Assembly (NCBI GenBank): GCA_964438455.1
Contig: CAYTLI010000001.1
Location: forward strand, 1,392-65,391
Direction of reading: 5' to 3'
Length of the DNA stretch: 64,000 nt
DNA from: an uncultured Pseudohongiella sp.
GTDB lineage: Bacteria > Pseudomonadota > Gammaproteobacteria > Pseudomonadales > Pseudohongiellaceae
Shown: in pieces, positions 17,436-23,916 of the stretch
How the letters are laid out: every line of letters begins with the position of its first letter
Position numbering within the stretch: the first letter of the stretch is position 1
Program-made: the position numbers and the translations under genes
The notes under the pieces: model-generated
What the model was told of the DNA's origin: nothing
What the model saw: the letters and a program-made list of their open reading frames with translations, nothing else
Database searches by the model: none

Positions 17436-19238
17436 TTAATCGAAGTCGAAGCTCCAGCCAATAGTCCAGTCAAGGGAGGAGTTTTTCACTGCGCCGATGT
17501 AGTCGACTGAATCGAAAAAGGAATCGTTAAGCGCCGCCGGCGTTACCCCATTAATTGCTGAGCCATTTGTCCAGCCCTCTTCACCGCCGAGATCAACGGT
17601 ACCGGAAGTGGTATTAGCCTGTGCCGCAAACCAGTCTGCGGTCGAGAAGGTACCTTCACCGGCAAGGGCTTCGGAACACGCGGTAGTAATCAGGCTGTTC
17701 TCCATGCGCAGGGTCCCGTTCAGACTGGATGCGTTGGCACCCGACTGAATGAAAGTCTCGTCGCCAGAGATCAGGATACAGCCTTCAGTAGATTCCAGTT
17801 GTCCACCTATCACCGAGTTATACATCTGCATGCCGGTGCCTGCCTTCAACTCGAAAGCATGGCCATTGGCCTTCTGGGTGGAACTGGTGATACAGGTCAG
17901 GTTGACAACCGTTGGGTTGGATCGTGGCGTTGCAGTCGGGTTGCCGCCAAGGTTGTCTGCTTCGATACAGTTGTCGCCGGCGGTTGTATGCTGAATTACT
18001 ACGTGCTGCAGGTTGCCAGTCCAACCATTGGTCCAGTCCAGGGCATCATCGTCCTGGCCCGTGATCAGGATATGCTTGGCATTCACCGTACCACCGTAAA
18101 ACTCGATACCATCGTCCGCGCCGTTGTGACTGTGGATGTAGTCGAGGATAGTGCCACGCCCTACGCCCTGCAGGGATATGGTGTTCAGCTCATCATCGGA
18201 AGTGATCGGAAAGCCGGCATAGCGAATCTGCACATAGGTCACCGCGCCACTGCTGTCGTCATCATTTGGAGAAGTGCCACCGCCGTATTCACCGGTAGAA
18301 CCTTCACCAATAGCAAAACCGCTGGCTGTGTTCTGGGTAGCTGAACCACTTATGGTGAGTCCGCCCCACAGGCCGCGAGCATTGAGCACGTCGAGAGAAC
18401 CATCGTCCTGACTGGAAGTCATGATGATCGGCTTCGCCGCAGTACCATTGGCAAAAATCTTGCCGCCACGATCGATTACCAGAGCTGTTTGCCCACCCTC
18501 AGCAATTATTTTCACGCCGGGGTCAATTGTCAGGCTTACCCTATCTGCATCTGGCGTGTTAACTGTATTTGATCCAATGAAAACCGTTCCTTTCGCGAAG
18601 TAAACGTTGTTATCGGTCAGATGCACATCAGTCAGGATTCGATCTGCTGGAAGATTGCAAACTGGCTTACCTTCAAATGTTGCAGCGTTCTGGGTTGTAC
18701 CAGCTGGACATCCGGAAGGATTGTCGGCAATTGTTACTGAAATAGGCGTAGCTGTTTGATGCAGAGTGCTCGGGCTAGACTCCAGAAAATATCCGACTGT
18801 AATTTTCAGAGTCACACCGGCGCCGCCGACATCATTCGCAACCAGGTCATCAACTAAAGTAATAGCTTCGGAAAAAGCCAGGGCTTTCGTCTGAAAAGAC
18901 TGTATATTATTGGGATCGTGTGCAACCCACTGACCTTCTGAGTTGAGTGTCAGTTGGCCAAACCCGTCGGCTTCTGCGATCGCGAATAATGATGCATTGC
19001 GGCCGACGTGTGTACCTGCTGGCTTGATTGTCGCCAGGAAATCGAATGGTTCTGTTGGAGGTACAACCTCATGAAAACTCGCACCATTGTTCATTGTCAC
19101 ACCACCAGTGAATGCGGTGCTGGGAAGCGTGCTGGAAGCTGGAATTGATGGTTGATCTGCAGCTTGCATAGCCATAGAGGCAACGCCCAGTGCAACCGCT
19201 GTTGCGAGCGCATTGACTCGTGTCTTGTTAAATTTCAT
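17436..19238 (-). CDS. Exported 600-aa protein of unknown function (repetitive beta-rich, possibly beta-helix)
   Basis: Signal peptide MKFNKTRVNALATAVALGVASMAMQA/AD, with GAGGAG upstream of the ATG. The protein is rich in Gly, Asn, Thr and Asp, with repeated ...GG.I.A.G..., ...WGGLTISG... and ...DDGIEFYGGTV.... I recognise no catalytic motif. Confidence 0.7.
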   Translation of the reverse strand: MKFNKTRVNALATAVALGVASMAMQAADQPSIPASSTLPSTAFTGGVTMNNGASFHEVVPPTEPFDFLATIKPAGTHVGRNASLFAIAEADGFGQLTLNSEGQWVAHDPNNIQSFQTKALAFSEAITLVDDLVANDVGGAGVTLKITVGYFLESSPSTLHQTATPISVTIADNPSGCPAGTTQNAATFEGKPVCNLPADRILTDVHLTDNNVYFAKGTVFIGSNTVNTPDADRVSLTIDPGVKIIAEGGQTALVIDRGGKIFANGTAAKPIIMTSSQDDGSLDVLNARGLWGGLTISGSATQNTASGFAIGEGSTGEYGGGTSPNDDDSSGAVTYVQIRYAGFPITSDDELNTISLQGVGRGTILDYIHSHNGADDGIEFYGGTVNAKHILITGQDDDALDWTNGWTGNLQHVVIQHTTAGDNCIEADNLGGNPTATPRSNPTVVNLTCITSSTQKANGHAFELKAGTGMQMYNSVIGGQLESTEGCILISGDETFIQSGANASSLNGTLRMENSLITTACSEALAGEGTFSTADWFAAQANTTSGTVDLGGEEGWTNGSAINGVTPAALNDSFFDSVDYIGAVKNSSLDWTIGWSFDFD

Positions 19239-19290
19239 GTCGACTCCTCAATTTGGTTCAGTCTGGATTTCCCAGGTGATCAGTCGTGCC

Positions 19291-19346
19291 ATAATAGGAG
19301 GGGCATGTTTCAGTTCCGCGACTGTTTTTTTGCACTTTTATTACAG
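19291..19346 (-). promoter_or_regulatory. Candidate Pho-regulated promoter: four 7-nt units in 11-nt phase plus a -10
   Basis: The minus strand reads CTGTAAT-AAAA-GTGCAAA-AAAA-CAGTCGC-GGAA-CTGAAAC, then 10 nt, then TATTAT. The first unit equals one half-site of the phoB box. The layout resembles the double Pho box of E. coli pstS. Confidence 0.4.
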
Positions 19347-19360
19347 TGGTTAGCCGCCCC

Positions 19361-20027
19361 ATGAGTCAGATAGAAACCGAGGAACAAGTAAAAGTTGAGG
19401 CCCATCATGTAGGCCTGTTTGAAACGCCTATTGCCTACTGTCGCCTGAAAAATGGTGAAGACTTGATGACCGACCTCGAGCAAGCAATTCGTAGCAAAAT
19501 GGCCGAGGGCGAGGGCGTGCAGCGATCCAACATCGGTGGCTGGCATTCCACAACCGACATGCTGCAATGGGCGGAGCGCCGAGCGCCTGGCCGAGACTGC
19601 AGTAAACATTGCCAGGCGATTGAGCCACTTCAAGGAATCGAGCCCCGACAACTACGACTGGGTAGTGCGCATGTGGGCAAACGTGACACCAGACGGTGGG
19701 CTCAATCACCTGCACAGTCACCCGGGTAATCTCTGGGCGGCGGTACTCTACATCGACATGGGAGATGACCCGGAGCAGCCTGAAAATCCGGTCGGGGGCA
19801 ATTTCTACGTGGAAGATCCACGATTCCCCATGGTGGCGATGAAGGAAACGGCGTTTCGCATGGTGTCATCCGACGGTACGCCGCAGCAGTACGAATCAGA
19901 ACTCAAGCTGCAAAGAGGCAGCCTGGTGGTGTTCCCAGCCTGGCTAAGGCATGGAGTAAGGGTGTATCAGGGCGATCGGGAAAGAATATCGATCGCCATG
20001 AATATCGATGCTGAGCGTAAGCGCTAG
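19361..20027 (+). pseudogene. 2OG-Fe(II)-oxygenase-superfamily gene (TIGR02466-like, from memory) disrupted by a +1 frameshift
   Basis: ORF 19346-19729 supplies the N-terminal half (...SNIGGWHSTTDMLQWAER) and ORF 19536-20027 the C-terminal half (ERLAETAV...NHLHSHPG...). They lie in frames offset by one. Deleting one copy of the duplicated GAGCGCC joins them seamlessly into a 219-aa protein. Confidence 0.75.
19574..19587 (+). repeat. Perfect 7-bp tandem duplication GAGCGCC-GAGCGCC
   Basis: Read directly from the sequence: gcg GAGCGCC GAGCGCC tggccgag. Confidence 0.95.
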
Positions 20028-20728
20028 AGTGAACCCGCGCTGGTTGCCCGCTTGAAGCGATACTTGAGGAAAGGATTGAGTAGTCGCGCCACACCGGTTG
20101 TAAACGTTAATGGACTGTCGAGCACGGCGAAGCAGAGACACCCTTCTTCGCTGGCTGGGCGGTGGGTATGACTGCCATCCCTGACCACAAAATCAGAAGG
20201 TTGATAGTTGCCCAGCTCATCGCTGAAACTGCCATCGAGCACTAATGTCACCTCATTACCCAGGTGCTTGTGCACAGGAACCTGGCTGCCAGGCTTCATA
20301 TAAAGAAATTCACATTGGGTCTCATCGTCCAGCGCAACTGATGCCTGATTGATACCACCAGCCAGCTTTTTCCATACCAGGCCCTCTGCCGCAATCTTCG
20401 CCAGCACTCTGGGCAAGCGCACGCTGTGATCAAGCATGTGCATCTCAGTAAATGCAGGGACCTCATCTCGCCTGGCATTCGCCTGGGGCATTTGCACAAT
20501 GTTCGCTGCCATGTCGGCAAAATCCGGCGCGCCGGTGCTGGCTTCTACATCTGCCTCAGCAATCCACTCCGTGGTCGCGGATTCTTCCGAATCAGCAGTC
20601 TGCTCTTTGCAGCTCTGGCAGTGCTCGACGTGCGCGGCGATAACGACACTCATGCCTGTAGACAATTTTCCGCCAGCAAAATCTGCCAGCAATTGTTCAG
20701 AGGGGTGATGATTCTCTTGCATACTCAT
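20024..20728 (-). CDS. chrR: ChrR-family anti-sigma factor (zinc-binding ZAS N-domain plus cupin C-domain)
   Basis: 234 aa. H-x3-C-x2-C is present in ...AAHVEHCQSC.... The C-terminal cupin region reads ...GSQVPVHKHLGNEVTLVLDG.... It lies 24 nt downstream of the ECF sigma gene. Confidence 0.8.
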   Translation of the reverse strand: MSMQENHHPSEQLLADFAGGKLSTGMSVVIAAHVEHCQSCKEQTADSEESATTEWIAEADVEASTGAPDFADMAANIVQMPQANARRDEVPAFTEMHMLDHSVRLPRVLAKIAAEGLVWKKLAGGINQASVALDDETQCEFLYMKPGSQVPVHKHLGNEVTLVLDGSFSDELGNYQPSDFVVRDGSHTHRPASEEGCLCFAVLDSPLTFTTGVARLLNPFLKYRFKRATSAGSL

Positions 20729-20752
20729 TTCTGTTTCCGGCTTTGAATCTTT

Positions 20753-21436
20753 CTAGGTCTCGGTATCGGTATCGGTATCGGTACCCAGGAGTTGTCTTAG
20801 TTTACCCATGCCCAAGCGTAGCCTGGATTTCAAAGTGCCTAGCGGGATTTCCAGAATCCGTGCGGCTTCCTCATGGGTTCGGTCATGTATGTAAATCTGC
20901 TCTACCACGGCGCGTTGCGCCTCGGGTAGTTGTTCGTAACATCGTTCGATGTTTTCAAGTTCTGCGAACTTGCTGCCCTGCTCGTCATGGATCAGATTGG
21001 AATCCTGATCCTCTATCGTTGGCCAGATATCGTCTGCACTCACCGTTGCCGGCTGGCGCTTGATCTTGCGCAACATGTCGAAGCAACGATTTCTGGTGAG
21101 GGTGAAGATCCAGCTCTGGGCGGTTCCCCTGTCGAGATCATAGAGTGGCGCCTTCTGCCAGACGGTCACCATGGCTTCCTGCACCAGGTCATGAGCCAAC
21201 TGCTCGTTCCGCGTCAGCTTGACCCCCATCGCATAAATACGGGTCGAGAAGCGCTGGAACAGCTTGTTGAACGCGGCGGTATCCTGCTGATTGCCCACTG
21301 CTATGAGCAGGGCCTCATCGGACTCCGCTTCCGCGATGCCTGCAACCGCAGGGCGTCCGGCAGTTTCCGGACCGGCCTGTCTATCCTCGGCTGATCTCAT
21401 CTGAAAGCCGCCGAGCGCTGTTGCCATCGTGGTCAT
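20753..21436 (-). CDS. ECF-type RNA polymerase sigma factor (RpoE/ChrR-group)
   Basis: 227 aa. Region 2 reads ...DLVQEAMVTVWQKAPLYD... and region 4 reads ...HEEAARILEIPLGTLKSRLRLG.... The start may be downstream (M4 or M13), given the promoter position. The C-terminus is ...LGTDTDTDTDTET. Confidence 0.8.
   Translation of the reverse strand: MTTMATALGGFQMRSAEDRQAGPETAGRPAVAGIAEAESDEALLIAVGNQQDTAAFNKLFQRFSTRIYAMGVKLTRNEQLAHDLVQEAMVTVWQKAPLYDLDRGTAQSWIFTLTRNRCFDMLRKIKRQPATVSADDIWPTIEDQDSNLIHDEQGSKFAELENIERCYEQLPEAQRAVVEQIYIHDRTHEEAARILEIPLGTLKSRLRLGMGKLRQLLGTDTDTDTET
20761..20784. repeat. Hexanucleotide tandem repeat (CGGTAT)x3 plus CGGTAC
   Basis: Read directly from the sequence. It encodes the (Thr-Asp)n tail of the sigma factor on the minus strand. 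Confidence 0.9.
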
Positions 21437-21444
21437 AGCTACCT

Positions 21445-21472
21445 ATTACGCCGATAAAATCTCGCCAGATCA
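21445..21472 (-). promoter_or_regulatory. Candidate ECF promoter of the sigma/chrR operon
   Basis: The minus strand reads TGATCT-N16-CGTAAT. The -10 ends 8 nt before ATG 21436. Confidence 0.45.
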
Positions 21473-21496
21473 CTGTAATTTCCCTCAATTTTGCTG

Positions 21497-21524
21497 TGAT
21501 CCAGACCCTAGCAGAAGCCGTATT
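21497..21524 (+). promoter_or_regulatory. Candidate ECF promoter of the SnoaL-like gene
   Basis: The plus strand reads TGATCC-N16-CGTATT, about 33 nt upstream of the TTG start at 21557. The architecture matches the divergent site. Confidence 0.45.
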
Positions 21525-21556
21525 GAGAGGGAACCAAGTACAGCGGATTTCGACCC

Positions 21557-22015
21557 TTGAACCAGCAGCACCACATACAGCCAGAGCAGCTTGAGACCAG
21601 ACCTGAAAGCCCGTTGCAGCGCTTCAGCGAAGCCTGCGCGCAGGTGGACCGCCACTCGGCCGGGGAGCTGCTCTCCCTGTACGCTGAGGACATTTACTAC
21701 GAGGACTCAACCCATGCCCTGCAGGGGAAGAACGCCTTCTTGAGCTATTGCACCGATGTTCTCGGTGAACGCTCGGCATCGATCCGCATCATCACCTCAA
21801 TCGAGGACGAGAATAGCTTCTTTATTTCCTGGGCCGCGACCCTCAAGGTCGGAAGCGCGAAGGGAGACAAGCAAAGGGTAGAAGGTGCCAGTTATTGCAA
21901 GGTTCGCAATGGCCTGATTTACTTCCAGAGAAACTATTTTGATCTGATCAAGCAAGGCAGGAAACGGGATTCCCTGAACGGACTCAGCTGGTTAAAGGCG
22001 AGAAAAACACCTTGA
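21557..22015 (+). CDS. SnoaL/NTF2-like small protein
   Basis: 152 aa. ...AGELLSLYAEDIYYEDSTHALQGKNAFLSY...FISWAATL...RNGLIYFQRNYFD is a typical NTF2-like fold pattern. It has a TTG start, so the start is uncertain. Confidence 0.55.
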   Translation: MNQQHHIQPEQLETRPESPLQRFSEACAQVDRHSAGELLSLYAEDIYYEDSTHALQGKNAFLSYCTDVLGERSASIRIITSIEDENSFFISWAATLKVGSAKGDKQRVEGASYCKVRNGLIYFQRNYFDLIKQGRKRDSLNGLSWLKARKTP

Positions 22016-22035
22016 GCAAACCAGCCATATCCGCA

Positions 22036-23028
22036 TCAAGCCGAATTCATATAAGGCTTTAATGCTTCCAATCGATATTCGATTTCTGCAACCTGTTGTG
22101 GTGTAAAACTGTATTCGCCGCGGCGGGACTTCGTGGTTTTGAATATGCCCCGTTTCTGCATTACATAGAGGCGCACGCCGGGTATCAGGTTATCGAGGTT
22201 CTGAATGAGCAACAATCTCGCGTAGCAGTCCCTCAGTGCGTCTTTGTCGCCGGCCTGATAGAGCTCCCACATACGGGCGTAGACATCCGCATACATGGCC
22301 CCTCCGGTCATTACGCCATCGGTACCGATACGCATCTCATATAACCAGCCCCTGCCCAGTGTTGCCCCGAAGATGCTTCTGATCGGATCAGGCTGGTATT
22401 CCTGCAACGCCAACATGCGTTCGTGTACCCGGCCATACTCTTCCTTTACATAACCGCACTGGGGAAATTCCCGCGCCAAATCGACGATAAATTCGATGGT
22501 GAGCTCGATATCCGGACCGCCGCTGGTCTGCACGAATATCGGCCGCTCGGTAATGGCACAAAGTGCCGCATAGTAATCCCGAATATCGGCAAGTGAATTG
22601 GCAGTTGTTGGTGGAATAGCGATCATGCCATCTGGCTGTAATCGCTCTGCGATGCGCGCATATTCTTCCATGCCCGCGGTGTCTTCTGCCTGCACTCCCA
22701 GTACCATGACCAGATTGGTATTGCGCCGGGCTTGTGCCAGTACTTCAAAGCCTCTGATTCTTTCTTCTTTACTAAGGTAGCGTTGTTCGCTGGAATTCTG
22801 CGGCCAGACAATACCCTGCACACCACACTGCTCGCAGAACGCCACTTCCCGTGCCAGATCTTCGTAGTCCACCTCGCCCGATTCTGTATAGGGAGTGGTC
22901 AGGATCATCAGCGCACCGCGCATGCGGTTTTCCTGTCCGAGGACAAAATTGCTGTAAGGCAGCGTTGCCATCGCTGCCATGGAAGTGAGGGTTTGTCTTC
23001 TCGTCAGTTTTACATCCATGGACATCAC
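22036..23028 (-). CDS. Dihydrodipicolinate synthase/N-acetylneuraminate lyase-family protein with Tat-like signal
   Basis: 330 aa. The N-terminus ...KLTRRQTLTSMAAMATLP... is Tat-like. The TIM-barrel pattern ...LTTPYTESGEVDYEDL...GIVWPQNSSEQRYLSKEER...GYVKEE... includes the Schiff-base Lys position. Start options are GTG 23028, ATG 23025 and ATG 23019. Confidence 0.65.
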   Translation of the reverse strand: MMSMDVKLTRRQTLTSMAAMATLPYSNFVLGQENRMRGALMILTTPYTESGEVDYEDLAREVAFCEQCGVQGIVWPQNSSEQRYLSKEERIRGFEVLAQARRNTNLVMVLGVQAEDTAGMEEYARIAERLQPDGMIAIPPTTANSLADIRDYYAALCAITERPIFVQTSGGPDIELTIEFIVDLAREFPQCGYVKEEYGRVHERMLALQEYQPDPIRSIFGATLGRGWLYEMRIGTDGVMTGGAMYADVYARMWELYQAGDKDALRDCYARLLLIQNLDNLIPGVRLYVMQKRGIFKTTKSRRGEYSFTPQQVAEIEYRLEALKPYMNSA

Positions 23029-23060
23029 CGTTGCCCCTGTTCGCCGTGCAGCGAAGTGAG

Positions 23061-23681
23061 TTATTGTTTTTCTGTTTTTGGATCGTTGCGTCGCTTCAGC
23101 TCATGCTCGATCGCACCGACGTTTTTGTCCAGCATTTCCCTCGCAGACAGCAGCTTGCTCTCCAGGATCTCGAGCTCTTCGACGCTATCGTCGCTGAGAC
23201 CGTTGCGAAAAATCCTTACACATTCATTCACCGCATCGGTGTAGCTGGAGTTCGTCTCAGCCAGCAGTTCATCCAGTTCTTCCTGGGTCTGTGGAATCGC
23301 CTTCTCGGGGAAGAGCTTCTGCTTCAGTATCTCGCAAATCTCCAGATCGAAGATCTCATCCATGGCGCGAGCCACGAATATTTCCAGGTTGTCGCGGAAG
23401 TGTTTCGAACGAACCGTGTTATCGGCAAAGAAGTCATCGATGATCTTGATGTTTTTCTTGTTGCATTCCAGGAACTGGTCCCCGTCATCGGGATTTTCCG
23501 GAATATTGAACTTGATGGTGCGATGCTGCTCATCAATTTCGCTGGTATACAGATCTACGGTCTTTGCCACGATGGCACGCTTGGCACCATTGAGCGTGGT
23601 CCAGGCGCGCTCGTAATACCAGCTCACAATACTACTGGATGAATATCCATGGAATGATGGACGCATATCAAAGATTTTCAT
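23061..23681 (-). CDS. Orphan hypothetical protein (206 aa, acidic, helical), low GC
   Basis: ATG 23681 is preceded by purine-rich GGAAAGAGAATAAGAAGAA. First codon positions are A/G-rich. A codon-aligned mirror ORF exists on the plus strand (23031-23642), so the strand call is not certain. Confidence 0.5.
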   Translation of the reverse strand: MKIFDMRPSFHGYSSSSIVSWYYERAWTTLNGAKRAIVAKTVDLYTSEIDEQHRTIKFNIPENPDDGDQFLECNKKNIKIIDDFFADNTVRSKHFRDNLEIFVARAMDEIFDLEICEILKQKLFPEKAIPQTQEELDELLAETNSSYTDAVNECVRIFRNGLSDDSVEELEILESKLLSAREMLDKNVGAIEHELKRRNDPKTEKQ

Positions 23682-23728
23682 TTCTTCTTATTCTCTTTCC
23701 CCGCAATCCTCCGAAAGACTGCGCATGG

Positions 23729-23769
23729 GCCCGACAAGTATCTCTTCCCAACTTGTCGGGCTATTTTTT
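23729..23769 (+). terminator. Strong intrinsic-terminator-like hairpin oriented for the plus strand
   Basis: The sequence reads GCCCGACAAGT-ATCTCTTCCCA-ACTTGTCGGGC followed by TATTTTTT. This is a perfect 11-bp stem. No accepted plus-strand gene lies upstream. Confidence 0.6.
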
Positions 23770-23916
23770 GGCTGTTTCCAGCCCACCCGGCGTTGAGACT
23801 ATGCAGTTCCGCAGTGTCTTTCAACTCCTGTAATCCACTGCCTGTGCCTTGTTTCCTTCACCCGGGCGGTTTTTTCTGTAGAATCGAGAAAAAACACCAA
23901 GAATGGAGCGTCACCA

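Noticed and set aside
19310-19651. A 113-aa minus-strand ORF over the 5' half of the oxygenase pseudogene.
   Set aside because: The plus-strand frames give a coherent family-like protein once the 7-bp duplication is removed. The minus ORF has no support.
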